Source: a virus. Taken from it: a stretch of DNA of 64,000 nt. The stretch's first letter is position 1, and each line of letters begins with the position of its first letter. The notes beneath the pieces are model-generated. The model saw nothing but the letters and a program-made list of their open reading frames with translations, was not told where the DNA came from and made no database searches. This document shows positions 18,525 through 26,971 of this stretch, piece by piece. The stretch is taken from IMG/VR virus record IMGVR_UViG_3300037420_002497; one strand, written 5' to 3'. Made by a program: the position numbers and the translations under genes.

Positions 18525-18527
18525 GCC

Positions 18528-18872
18528 ATGGACATCAAGGATCTGAACAAGGCCACCCTGGCCGGGCCGGCGGAAGTGTTGGCGTTCAAGCGGGGCGAGA
18601 GCGAGCTGGAGGGCGTGACCGTCACGGTGCCGATGCGCGGCCCCGCCCGCCCCCAGCCGAACACCCGCGAGATTCGCGAAAAGCTCGGGTTGACGCCGCA
18701 GGAGTTCTCGACCCGCTTCGGCCTTCCCCTGGCTCAGCTGGAGCTGTGGGAGGACGGACGGGGCATCCCCGCACCCCTGGCGCTGCTGCTGCGGCTGATC
18801 GAGCGCTTCCCCGAGCAGGTCGCCGAGGAGGTGGCCAGGGTCGCCGCCGAGGATGGCAACGAGGACGACTGA
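18528..18872 (+). CDS. XRE-family HTH protein, HigA/antitoxin-like (114 aa)
   Basis: IREKLGLTPQEFSTRFGLPLAQLELWEDGRGIPAPLALLLRLI matches the HTH_XRE antitoxin pattern. Confidence 0.6.
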   Translation: MDIKDLNKATLAGPAEVLAFKRGESELEGVTVTVPMRGPARPQPNTREIREKLGLTPQEFSTRFGLPLAQLELWEDGRGIPAPLALLLRLIERFPEQVAEEVARVAAEDGNEDD

Positions 18873-18875
18873 GCC

Positions 18876-19148
18876 ATGGACCGACGCCAGCGGTTTGAAG
18901 CCTGGGCCCGCGAACAGGGCTGGAGCCTGACGCGCGTCACCGGCAGCGACGACTACGCCTGGGCGCCGGCCCGGGCCGCCTGGGCAGCGTGGCAGGAGCT
19001 GGCGCCGGACGCCGAGCGCTGGCGCTGGGCGCTCAAGCGCAACCGGCCCACGCTGCTGGCCATCGCCTACAGCTCCCGCGCCGCGTGCGCCTACGGTCTC
19101 GACGAGGTGGAGGACGCCTACGCCGCCGCGATGCGCGAGGCGCCCTGA
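18876..19148 (+). CDS. hypothetical protein (90 aa)
   Basis: ORF ending just before the bidirectional terminator. Confidence 0.5.
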   Translation: MDRRQRFEAWAREQGWSLTRVTGSDDYAWAPARAAWAAWQELAPDAERWRWALKRNRPTLLAIAYSSRAACAYGLDEVEDAYAAAMREAP

Positions 19149-19173
19149 CCCCTTCCCCGGCTGCGCGGGACAG

Positions 19174-19211
19174 AAAAAAGCCCCGGGGTTTGCCGTGCCC
19201 CGGGGCTTTTC
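19174..19211. terminator. bidirectional rho-independent terminator
   Basis: AAAAAAGCCCCGGGG...CCCCGGGGCTTTT, at a convergent junction. Confidence 0.7.
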
Positions 19212-19408
19212 CATTTCTGCAGAAACTCGGTGAGGACCAGACCAGCCGCCGCCGGTTGTGCGCCGCCTGCGAGGCCAGTTCCCTATTCGCGGCGCTGCGA
19301 TTCGGGGCCGTGTCCAGCGCGTGCTCCCTGCACGCTCGGCTGGAACCTCACCATGTGGCCGCAACTATAACCACTGATATTAACCACAGGGTAACAAAGC
19401 CCCCGGAT

Positions 19409-19612
19409 CTACCGGCCGCCGCGCCAGCGCCACACCGTCCAGGGCCACAGCACCACCAGCACGAGCGCCCAGTGCAGCGGCGCCGCGTCGATCCGGCGCC
19501 ACAGGGTCTGTTCGTAGTCGTCCACCCACGCCAGCACGGTGCAGCCCAGCGAGAACCAGCACAGGGCCAGCAGCGCCAGCACGACCAGGGTCTGCAGCGG
19601 CCCTGCCGTCAC
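19409..19612 (-). CDS. small membrane protein (67 aa), GTG start
   Basis: GTGA overlap with the upstream stop codon; hydrophobic sequence LVVLALLALCWF...LVLVVLWPW. Confidence 0.4.
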   Translation of the reverse strand: MTAGPLQTLVVLALLALCWFSLGCTVLAWVDDYEQTLWRRIDAAPLHWALVLVVLWPWTVWRWRGGR

Positions 19613-19968
19613 AGCGCCGGCACGCCAGCCATGAACGCGCGCGCGCTGGCCAGCGAGCGGTTGAAGTCGTCCGGCATCAGGAAGTGCTTGCCGCGCCCCA
19701 GGGCGAAGTCCGCCTCCTTGTGCGGGTGCGGCAGGTCCAGCGGCACCACCTCCCGGGAGACCTTCCAGGCGTCGCGCCGGCCGTCCCAGGAGTGCACATG
19801 CTTCACGCTCCACAGCTCGCCGCTGGCGTCCCAGCGCTCCGACACCACCACCGTGGCGCCGGGCGTGCCCGGGTGGTCGATCACCCGGCGGCGGAAGATG
19901 GGGAAGGCCACCTTGACCTCGGCGGTCTCGCGGCGGGTCTCCACCACGCGCAGTGTTTGCATCGTCAT
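19609..19968 (-). CDS. hypothetical protein (119 aa)
   Basis: ORF inside the minus-strand operon. Confidence 0.55.
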   Translation of the reverse strand: MTMQTLRVVETRRETAEVKVAFPIFRRRVIDHPGTPGATVVVSERWDASGELWSVKHVHSWDGRRDAWKVSREVVPLDLPHPHKEADFALGRGKHFLMPDDFNRSLASARAFMAGVPAL

Positions 19969-19975
19969 CGTGTTG

Positions 19976-20860
19976 TCACCTCTGGGCGAGGAAGCGCTTC
20001 ATCTGCTGCTTCACCTCGTTGACCTTGTTGTCGATCTCGCTGAGCAGGTGCGCCACGAAAGCGCGCTCGGCGTCCGTCTTGCCGATGGAGTAGCGGGCCT
20101 TGCCGGTGCCGTGGCAGGCGGTGCACTTGAGCTGCGGCCCGCCATGGCGGCCGATGAACGCCCGGCCGGCGCACTTGTGGCAGTCCCCGAGCAGGTACGC
20201 CTGGAGGACGCGGCCAGCGATGGCCAGCACGTCCTTGTCGGTGCCGACGTTGTTCTCCAGCGCCGCCTGGACCACCCGGCGGTGGTGGCGCTCGCACGCG
20301 GCGCGGTGCTGCTGCAGCTGCTCGGCGCTGGCCTTGGGGCCCGGGGCGCGCGGCTCGGGCGGCAGCCCGCGCAGCGGGAACTTCGACGCCTGCGCCAGCA
20401 CCCAGGCGCCGAACGCTTCCTTGGCGCCGGCCAGCGTCTTCAGGTTCTCCACCACCGTCAGGGCGTCGTGGGCACGCTGGTGCTCCAGCTGCTTCTCCAG
20501 CTTCTCGATCTTGGTGGCGATCTCCTCCTTGTCGGCATTGCGCCGCTTGGACTTGATCTTCCAGCCCGCGATCTGGTCCTGCAGCTGGCGCTGGTAGCCC
20601 TCGGCGGCCAGCACCAGCCCCCGGGCCGCGTCGTACTCGCCGCGCAGCCGGAACAGGTACAACCCCACCGCGTCCGTCACCCAGCCGGCAGCGATCAGCA
20701 GGTCCAGCGTGCACGGCGCTTCCAGGTTCAGCGCCAGCTTCTTGGAGCTGACCGCCGCGAGGTAGCGCTCCTCCATCTCGGCGGGCGTGTCGGCGCCGAC
20801 GATCTCGCCCTCGCCGACCTCGATGTGCGAGCCGTTGGCGTGGTGGATCTTCGCGCTCAA
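19976..20860 (-). CDS. protein with DnaJ-type zinc finger (two CxxCxGxG motifs), 294 aa
   Basis: CHKCAGRAFIGRHGGPQLKCTACHGTG; the TTG start overlaps the upstream stop codon (TTGA). Confidence 0.5.
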   Translation of the reverse strand: MSAKIHHANGSHIEVGEGEIVGADTPAEMEERYLAAVSSKKLALNLEAPCTLDLLIAAGWVTDAVGLYLFRLRGEYDAARGLVLAAEGYQRQLQDQIAGWKIKSKRRNADKEEIATKIEKLEKQLEHQRAHDALTVVENLKTLAGAKEAFGAWVLAQASKFPLRGLPPEPRAPGPKASAEQLQQHRAACERHHRRVVQAALENNVGTDKDVLAIAGRVLQAYLLGDCHKCAGRAFIGRHGGPQLKCTACHGTGKARYSIGKTDAERAFVAHLLSEIDNKVNEVKQQMKRFLAQR

Positions 20861-21099
20861 GTGCGCTTCTCCCCGAAGATGCCGTCGAAGATGTCGTCGA
20901 AGGCGCCACCGAACGCCCCGGGCTGGTCGCCGCCGGCCCCGGCAGGCTGGACCTGGGGCGGCTCCTGGCGCGTGCGCTGCATCCGGCGGATCAGGTCCAC
21001 CAGCAGCAGCACGTCCCTGGCCACACGCTCGCGGTTGGCCTTGGACATGCCATCGAGCACGTCCCTGGAGCGCTTCTCGATCTCGTCCAGCTGGTTCAT
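20857..21099 (-). CDS. hypothetical protein (80 aa)
   Basis: start-stop overlap with the HAD-like gene. Confidence 0.45.
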   Translation of the reverse strand: MNQLDEIEKRSRDVLDGMSKANRERVARDVLLLVDLIRRMQRTRQEPPQVQPAGAGGDQPGAFGGAFDDIFDGIFGEKRT

Positions 21100-21593
21100 C
21101 ACCGCTCCCAGGCCAGTTTCTCGCTCACCCACCCCGGGTGCCGGGACTCGCCGGCATACGGGCTCTCGCCGAACAGCTCGCACAGGTCGCTGAACTTCGC
21201 CCAGGTCAGCCCCTCGCGCGGGTCCACCTGGATGAAGCGCGAGAGCTGCCCGTCCAGCATCTCTGGCGCGTCGTCCAGGATGGCGTACTGCTCCGCCTCG
21301 GGGTGCTGCGCCAGCCAGTGCGCGATCTCCAGCCCCCGGTTCCCGAGCTGCGGCGTGGCGTCGATGATCGGCAGGCCGAACGCCTGCGCCGCGTCCTGCC
21401 AGCGATGGTCCTGGCGCCACGCCGAGGACCACACGATGGAGATGCCGGCCGACTCGCACAGCCGCCGCAGCAGCGCGATGGCCACCTGATCGAACATGCC
21501 CTGGTGGTGGAGCTTCGACGGGTAGCCGCCGAAGGCGAGGAAGGTGCGCGTGCTGTTGAGCACTCCGTCTACGTCGAGAAATAGCGCCTTCAA
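21099..21593 (-). CDS. HAD-superfamily phosphatase-like protein (164 aa)
   Basis: N-terminal FLDVDGVLN, the HAD motif I (DxD); TTG start. Confidence 0.55.
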   Translation of the reverse strand: MKALFLDVDGVLNSTRTFLAFGGYPSKLHHQGMFDQVAIALLRRLCESAGISIVWSSAWRQDHRWQDAAQAFGLPIIDATPQLGNRGLEIAHWLAQHPEAEQYAILDDAPEMLDGQLSRFIQVDPREGLTWAKFSDLCELFGESPYAGESRHPGWVSEKLAWER

Positions 21594-21832
21594 GACTTGT
21601 CCTCCCCGGTGCCGACCACAAAGGGGAGCAGATCCCCGTGGCGCTCGATTTCTTCATGACCGCCACGCATCGCCATGTGCCTGGACATGAACTCCCTGGC
21701 GTCCGCCATGGAGGCGTGCGAGTTGGTGATGCTCCCGTTCAGCCCGCACTGCCTCCAGAACGGCGCCCACCAGCGCCGCCACTGGACCTCAAAGCCGAGG
21801 TATCCGTCCCGGACGATTCGGTACTGCACCAT
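21590..21832 (-). CDS. hypothetical protein (80 aa)
   Basis: ATG overlaps the upstream stop codon; an alternative GTG lies at 21844. Confidence 0.45.
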   Translation of the reverse strand: MVQYRIVRDGYLGFEVQWRRWWAPFWRQCGLNGSITNSHASMADAREFMSRHMAMRGGHEEIERHGDLLPFVVGTGEDKS

Positions 21833-22107
21833 CACATCCCCCACGTCCTGGCCTTGATGGCCTGCGCGATGCCGCGCGCCTCACGCGATTGCGCGCGCAA
21901 CTGCTCAAACTCGGGCGTGCCGAACTTTTGGTCCTCCCACGCCTGCTGCAGCAGCACCGGACGGCGGGCCTCGGCGATCTTGGCGCACTCCTGGCGCTCA
22001 AACGCCGCCACCAGCCGCACGAGGTTGCGCAGCGTCTTGATGTTGGGACGCAGCGGCCGGGCGAAGCCGGCGAGATCCATCAGCTTGAAGAACTCCGCGT
22101 CGTTCAT
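21832..22107 (-). CDS. hypothetical protein (91 aa)
   Basis: ATGA overlap with the upstream gene. Confidence 0.5.
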   Translation of the reverse strand: MNDAEFFKLMDLAGFARPLRPNIKTLRNLVRLVAAFERQECAKIAEARRPVLLQQAWEDQKFGTPEFEQLRAQSREARGIAQAIKARTWGM

Positions 22108-22304
22108 GCCGGCTCACCCCCTTCGCTGTCGGTGATGCCATCGGGCACGGGCATCCTCGCCTCGTACTCCAGGCGCGTCACGGGCTCGGGCGTGCGCTTG
22201 CACACCGGCGCGCCGCGCACGGAGCGCGCATGGGCGTAGGTGTCGCCATAGCGCACCACCAGGACGCCGCCGCAATGCAGGCAGACCTTGTTCTGCAGGA
22301 TCAT
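22104..22304 (-). CDS. small zinc-ribbon-like protein (66 aa)
   Basis: AGGAG lies 10 nt upstream of the ATG; CLHCGG...C motif. Confidence 0.45.
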   Translation of the reverse strand: MILQNKVCLHCGGVLVVRYGDTYAHARSVRGAPVCKRTPEPVTRLEYEARMPVPDGITDSEGGEPA

Positions 22305-22311
22305 GCCGGCC

Positions 22312-22674
22312 TCACTCCTGGATGCCGTAGAAGGCAATGAGGATCAACTTACGGACAAAGGAATGGGCCGCCTTCGGATCGAATCCGGTGACCAGCAGAT
22401 CCCCGAACTCGTCCAGCTCGCCCGCGATGAAGCCCGCCTTGACCAGCGGCTTATAGACCTCGTACTCCCAGCCGCTGTTGCCGAACGGGTATCTGGCATT
22501 GAAGCTGTCGCCTTCCTTCCACAGTCGCATCAGCAGCTCGCACAGGTAGTCCCGCACCGTCAGCTGGTCGCCCGCGTCGCTGTCGAAGCGAACCTCCAGC
22601 GCAGCCTCCAGCCCCTTGTCGGTCGGCACGTCGGGCATGGGGACGTACCGTGCCCCGTCGATCAAAACTTCCAC
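22312..22674 (-). CDS. hypothetical protein (120 aa), GTG start
   Basis: AGGGAG lies 9 nt upstream of the GTG; a longer upstream extension of the ORF is an R/S/W-rich artefact. Confidence 0.5.
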   Translation of the reverse strand: MEVLIDGARYVPMPDVPTDKGLEAALEVRFDSDAGDQLTVRDYLCELLMRLWKEGDSFNARYPFGNSGWEYEVYKPLVKAGFIAGELDEFGDLLVTGFDPKAAHSFVRKLILIAFYGIQE

Positions 22675-22678
22675 GATC

Positions 22679-23389
22679 TCAGGCTCCCTGTTCGGCCGCC
22701 TCGCGGGCGACCATCCACAGTTGACGAATACGACGATCAAAACGGCCCCAGGCCTCAGGGTCGTTGTCCAGGTCGGCGCGCGAGCGGATCTCGCACACCA
22801 GACGCAGGGTTTCGGCGGCCAGGGCGGCGCCCGGGTCGCCCGTGACTTTCCTGCCGGCCAGCCGCGCGCGGGCCAGCGCGGTGGTCTTGACGAAGCGCTG
22901 CTCCAGCCAGAGCTGGAACGCATCCTCGGCACACCAGCGGGCGGCCAGCGCGCCGCGCACGCCCCCCTTCCCGCGCTCGGGCTCGGGCGGCTGGCGCTGC
23001 TGCTCGCGCTCCAGCTGGTGGTCGCTCTTGAGCGCGGCCACCACCAGTTCCTTGCCCGGCTCCTTGAACCAGCGGTCGCGCACCAGCTGCGCATCGCAGG
23101 GCTCGACGTAGCCATAGAGGCGCACGTTGCCGCTGTCCAGGGTCTCGACCGAGGCGCTGGTGGCGCGCACCGCCTCCTCGCCAGGGCTGCCCAGCGGCAG
23201 CAGCGCCATCGCGGTGCCGCGCGTCTTGAACCACAGGAAGGTGGCGTCGGCGTGCACCCCCTTCTCGATCTTCAGCACGAACTTCAGCGAGTCGTCGGCC
23301 GAGGTCCAGGAGCGCCCGGACTTGGCTTCGATCAGGCTGTCGCCGACCAGCTGCCCGTCCTGGCCCACCTCGACCCCGGCCTGCATCAC
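22679..23389 (-). CDS. hypothetical protein (236 aa)
   Basis: ORF with protein-like composition. Confidence 0.55.
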   Translation of the reverse strand: MMQAGVEVGQDGQLVGDSLIEAKSGRSWTSADDSLKFVLKIEKGVHADATFLWFKTRGTAMALLPLGSPGEEAVRATSASVETLDSGNVRLYGYVEPCDAQLVRDRWFKEPGKELVVAALKSDHQLEREQQRQPPEPERGKGGVRGALAARWCAEDAFQLWLEQRFVKTTALARARLAGRKVTGDPGAALAAETLRLVCEIRSRADLDNDPEAWGRFDRRIRQLWMVAREAAEQGA

Positions 23390-23745
23390 GCCTCCCGCTT
23401 GCCGGCGCAGCTGGCGCAGTCGCCGCCGCAGCCGTCCTTGGACGGGCTGGCTTCCACGTAGATCACGCGCTCACCCAGGTTGCGGATCGGCATGCCGCCC
23501 ACCTCGCGCACGTCGCCCGGCAGGATGGCGGTGGGCGGCGGACGCGTGGGCCTGGGCGGCGCAGGCGGGTAGTGCGACGCCGGCCGGTTGCGCAGGCGCC
23601 CCTGGTGCTCGGCCCAGGCGTCGGCATTGCGGTTGTGGGCCCACTCGCTGGCGAGATAGAACACCACCAGCGCGACCATGGCCGCCAGGAACGGAAACCA
23701 GGGCGAGGTCCGCGCCCACTCGACGATCGGGTGCAGCCAGTCCAT
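23386..23745 (-). CDS. NfeD-like membrane protein with Cys-rich C-terminal tail (119 aa)
   Basis: N-terminal transmembrane segment; start overlaps the SPFH gene stop codon; pairing with SPFH is typical. Confidence 0.45.
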   Translation of the reverse strand: MDWLHPIVEWARTSPWFPFLAAMVALVVFYLASEWAHNRNADAWAEHQGRLRNRPASHYPPAPPRPTRPPPTAILPGDVREVGGMPIRNLGERVIYVEASPSKDGCGGDCASCAGKREA

Positions 23746-24665
23746 CAGCGCCCCACAGGCACACCCATGAACGGGATCGGCGCGCCGGCATACATCGACT
23801 GCGGCAGCGCGCCATCCCAGCGCTCGGCCTTCACCTTCTCGACCTCGATCTTGCGCAGTTCCAGCACGTCCTGGCTCTGGCGCAGCGCCTCGTTCTGGAT
23901 GCGCAGGGCATCGGCCTGGGCCTTGGCTGCCGTCATCACCGCATAGGCCGCACCGTCCGCCGTCCTGCGCGCCGCCTCGGCTTCGGCCTCGGCCACGGCG
24001 ACCTTCTCCTTCTGCTCGGCCTGCACGCGCAGCACCTTGTTCTCGGCCGCCTGCCGCAGCTCCTCCTCAGTCACCTTGCGGTTGATCGCCTCCATGTACT
24101 TCTCGTTGAAGGCGAAGTCCGTCATGTCGTTGCTGATGATGTGAGCACCGAACACGGCCACCTTGGCACCCAGGCGCTGCTTCACGTCCACCGACACCTC
24201 CTCGCGCCGCGTCACCAGCTCGGGCGCGGTGAAGCCGGCCGTGGCCGCCTTGAAGGCTTCCTGCGTCGCGGTGGCGACATAGGGGTCCAGGTCGCCGTCC
24301 TTGGAGAAGCGCTCATAGACCATCACCTCCTGGCCCGGCGTGATGGCGTAGCGAGGGACCATGCTGACCGTCACCGGCTGGCGGTCAGCAGTCGCACCCT
24401 GCGCGCCCTTCACCTCCACCGAGTTGGCGCGCATGTTCATCAGGTGCATCTGCTCCCAGGGGAACAGCAGCATGAAGCCCTCGTGATGAACGGCGGTGGT
24501 CTTGCCGCCGATGGTGATGATGGCGCGATGCCCGCTGGGCACCGAGCGCAACGGCCAGTAGGCCATGACGACGATCAGCGCCAGAAAGACGGCGAAGGCG
24601 CAAACCGATGCCTGGACAACCTTCAGCTGGCCGCGCTCGGTGAAGAAGACGTTCTTGATGTTCAT
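23745..24665 (-). CDS. SPFH/band-7 (prohibitin/HflKC-like) membrane protein (306 aa)
   Basis: N-terminal transmembrane segment, then a PHB-like domain, then an A/E/K-rich coiled-coil tail. Confidence 0.7.
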   Translation of the reverse strand: MNIKNVFFTERGQLKVVQASVCAFAVFLALIVVMAYWPLRSVPSGHRAIITIGGKTTAVHHEGFMLLFPWEQMHLMNMRANSVEVKGAQGATADRQPVTVSMVPRYAITPGQEVMVYERFSKDGDLDPYVATATQEAFKAATAGFTAPELVTRREEVSVDVKQRLGAKVAVFGAHIISNDMTDFAFNEKYMEAINRKVTEEELRQAAENKVLRVQAEQKEKVAVAEAEAEAARRTADGAAYAVMTAAKAQADALRIQNEALRQSQDVLELRKIEVEKVKAERWDGALPQSMYAGAPIPFMGVPVGR

Positions 24666-24688
24666 GGGGAGGACGGTTCTCCTGGAGA

Positions 24689-25091
24689 TCAGGCGCCCTG
24701 TTCGGGCGCGGGGGCATCCGGCAGCTCGGCCGCCGGCTGTTCGTTGGCGGCCTGGGCCTGGGCCTGGGCCGCAGCCTGCTGCTCCAGCACGTACTGCACG
24801 CCGTCGCGGAAGCCCGCGAGGTGCGCCTCGGTGAAGACCCAGGCGCCCCAGAGCGGCGCCACCTCGGTCTTGCCGTCCGGGAGGTGGCTCACGTAGTCGC
24901 CGCCGCGCGCCGTCTGAGCAGCGGAGTAGCCGATGGCAGCCTGCAAGTCGGGCGGCATCTTGGGCGTCTTGCTCTGGTCGCCGCCGGCCGCGATCAGCTG
25001 CTGCTTGTAGGCCGCCATCGCGTGCGAATAAAACGGGCGCGGGTCGCCGTTCTGGTGGACCTCGGTCCAGGGACGGGGGGTGATGTTCATG
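24689..25091 (-). CDS. hypothetical protein (134 aa)
   Basis: internal ATG chosen; upstream part of the ORF is a compositional artefact. Confidence 0.45.
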
Positions 25092-25140
25092 CTCAAAAAT
25101 CCAAACGCTCGGTTGTTAGCTCGTTCCCGCGCTGCGGGAT

Positions 25141-25740
25141 TCAGGTCAGCTCGCTGAAGGCGTAATCGGCGATCAGCAGGGCGTCCGCTTGGTTGTGCGC
25201 CTTCACCGGTTGCAGCTGATGAGCCAAACCGGGGAAGCGCTCGGCGGCCTTGTCGCGGCTGGCGTTCTTGTCCGCCTTGCCGCCGTTGGCCGCCTTCTGC
25301 TCTTTGGTCTCGGTGAGCTTGAAGTGCTCCTTCCACGCCTGCGGGCGGATGGCCCGGGTCTCGTGGCCGAACACATCCAGGACGCCCTCGACCACGCCGC
25401 GCGAGTGCATCAGGCTGCCCTGCGACTGGATCGAGTTGCCGTGCGCGCCGCCGTTGCCCTGCGGGCGCGCCTGCACGTCCTCGTAGACGATCAGCGCCGC
25501 CTCGCCCGGGGGCACCAGCTGGCGCAGCAGGGCCAGCAGCTGGTCGCCGCAGATGCGCACGGCCTGCTTGACGCGGGTCTTGGCCTTCTTGCCGGGTACG
25601 GGCGCCTTCTTGCTTCTGACCTTGACCACCTTGGCCTCACCCACCTTGCGCAGCGGCAGGTCGTGCACCTCGGCGCCGCCGTTGTGGTCAACCTTGGCCA
25701 CGGCGCCCGTTTTCCCGATGTCAATGCCGATGACAACCAT
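25141..25740 (-). CDS. RuvC-like Holliday junction resolvase (199 aa)
   Basis: N-terminal VIGIDIGKTGAVA, and then LIVYED and ADALLIADY motifs, as in RuvC/YqgF-fold nucleases. Confidence 0.6.
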   Translation of the reverse strand: MVVIGIDIGKTGAVAKVDHNGGAEVHDLPLRKVGEAKVVKVRSKKAPVPGKKAKTRVKQAVRICGDQLLALLRQLVPPGEAALIVYEDVQARPQGNGGAHGNSIQSQGSLMHSRGVVEGVLDVFGHETRAIRPQAWKEHFKLTETKEQKAANGGKADKNASRDKAAERFPGLAHQLQPVKAHNQADALLIADYAFSELT

Positions 25741-25988
25741 TACCACTTGCTCTTTTGGAATTGACGAAACCACGGCTTGTTCTTCGGCGCCTGCAGCGGC
25801 TTGGGCCGGTCGCACAGCTCGGTCTGGGGCCACAGCCGGCCATCGGTACGCAGCACCATCCCGCTCGGGCCCACGCTGACCACCACCAGCCGCTGGCTGC
25901 CGTTCACGATCACGTCGCCGACCTCATAGGCCACGGCAGCGAAGCGCGTCACGTTGGACGCTTGCGCGAACGCCACACCGAACTTCAC
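25740..25988 (-). CDS. hypothetical protein (82 aa), GTG start
   Basis: GTGA overlap with the upstream gene and TAATG overlap with the downstream gene. Confidence 0.4.
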   Translation of the reverse strand: MKFGVAFAQASNVTRFAAVAYEVGDVIVNGSQRLVVVSVGPSGMVLRTDGRLWPQTELCDRPKPLQAPKNKPWFRQFQKSKW

Positions 25989-26221
25989 GCCGCGCCCCTG
26001 AACCACGTTGCCCAGACGGCCCAGGCCGCCAGCGAGGGCAGCGCCCAGCCGATGGCGAAGAAGAAGGCGATGAACAGCGGGCTCGTGTCGCAGCCAAAGG
26101 CGCCGCCAGCGCCATCGAACAGGCCGCCCAACCAGCACAGCAACGTCATGCCGACGAACAGCACGATGGTGAGCGCGATCAGCGCCATCGCGCCGATCGA
26201 CAGGGAGAAGGTGAAGATCAC
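25985..26221 (-). CDS. small membrane protein, two transmembrane segments (78 aa)
   Basis: GGGAGG lies 9 nt upstream of the GTG; hydrophobic sequence IALTIVLFVGMTLLCWL...FIAFFFAIGWAL. Confidence 0.4.
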   Translation of the reverse strand: MIFTFSLSIGAMALIALTIVLFVGMTLLCWLGGLFDGAGGAFGCDTSPLFIAFFFAIGWALPSLAAWAVWATWFRGAA

Positions 26222-26544
26222 GATGCCGCGCCTCCCTCGGCTTGCCGCGCCCTGGCCAGCTCCTCGCGCACGATCTGGCGCACGTCCTCCTTCGTCAGCA
26301 TCTGCAGCGGCTCGCACTTCGGCAGCGACGGATCGGGGTTGGCGATGGGGATCGGCAGGCCGCGCGCAGGCACCGAAGGCAGCCAGTTCGGGCGCGGCCG
26401 GGAGCGGAACTCCTCGGCGCGCTGGCGCTGCTGGGCGCAGCCGTTGACCATGCACTCGGGGCTGGAGCACAAGCAGGCGATGCCGACGCTCACGCCAGCC
26501 CCCTGGCCTGCCAGCGCAGCGCGCTGCCCCACAGATCCACCCAA
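26218..26544 (-). CDS. hypothetical protein (start uncertain: TTG 26544, GTG 26532 or ATG 26451)
   Basis: its stop codon overlaps the downstream GTG start (GTGA). Confidence 0.3.
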   Translation of the reverse strand: MGGSVGQRAALAGQGAGVSVGIACLCSSPECMVNGCAQQRQRAEEFRSRPRPNWLPSVPARGLPIPIANPDPSLPKCEPLQMLTKEDVRQIVREELARARQAEGGAAS

Positions 26545-26590
26545 GTGCGCTCAAAGGCGCCCATCAGCCAGTTGACGATCAGCTTCCAGA

Positions 26591-26971
26591 TCACGCGGTC
26601 TCCATCTCGGGTTGGGCTTGTTCGGCCGGTTGCTCACCCTGCTGCTCGGCCATGGCGATGGACAGCAGGTACTTGATCTCGATGTCGCGGGCCGCGCCGC
26701 GCACGATCGCGGGGCCCGCGCGTTCGCCGGCCAGGATCAGGCACTCCAGCAGCGACTCGACGTTGACCAGCTCGTTCTCGACCTCCTCGGTCAACGGGCC
26801 GGCGCGCCGCACGGCGGCATGGATGACGCGCAGCGCCTTGGCCGCGCCGAGCTTGGCCACCCGCATGTCGGCGAGCTGCGGCTCGGGCTTCACGCCGGAC
26901 AGCGGCGCCAGCAGCTTCTGCATCGTCGGCGACGGTTGCGCGCGCGACGGAATGTTGGCCTTGCGCTTCAT
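26591..26971 (-). CDS. hypothetical protein (126 aa)
   Basis: GGAGG lies 4 nt upstream of the ATG. Confidence 0.5.
   Translation of the reverse strand: MKRKANIPSRAQPSPTMQKLLAPLSGVKPEPQLADMRVAKLGAAKALRVIHAAVRRAGPLTEEVENELVNVESLLECLILAGERAGPAIVRGAARDIEIKYLLSIAMAEQQGEQPAEQAQPEMETA

Noticed and set aside
4700-19364. Long antisense or alternative-frame ORFs (e.g. 5006-6190 -, 6752-8041 -, 8072-9361 -, 13273-15165 -, 15637-16776 +, 18090-19364 -)
   Set aside because: These are typical high-GC shadow ORFs with Arg/Gly/Ala/Pro-rich translations. They lack RBS context and overlap better-supported plus-strand genes that show conserved start contexts.
18989-21193. 734-aa plus-strand ORF across the convergent junction
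   Set aside because: It spans a bidirectional terminator and is antisense to six coupled minus-strand genes with recognisable motifs (HAD, DnaJ-type zinc finger). It is a compositional artefact.
26140-26590. Precise gene structure between the small membrane-protein gene and gene 26591-26971
   Set aside because: Several overlapping frames have plausible starts (TTG 26544, GTG 26532, ATG 26451). Only the 3' end (stop overlapping the downstream GTG start) is well supported.
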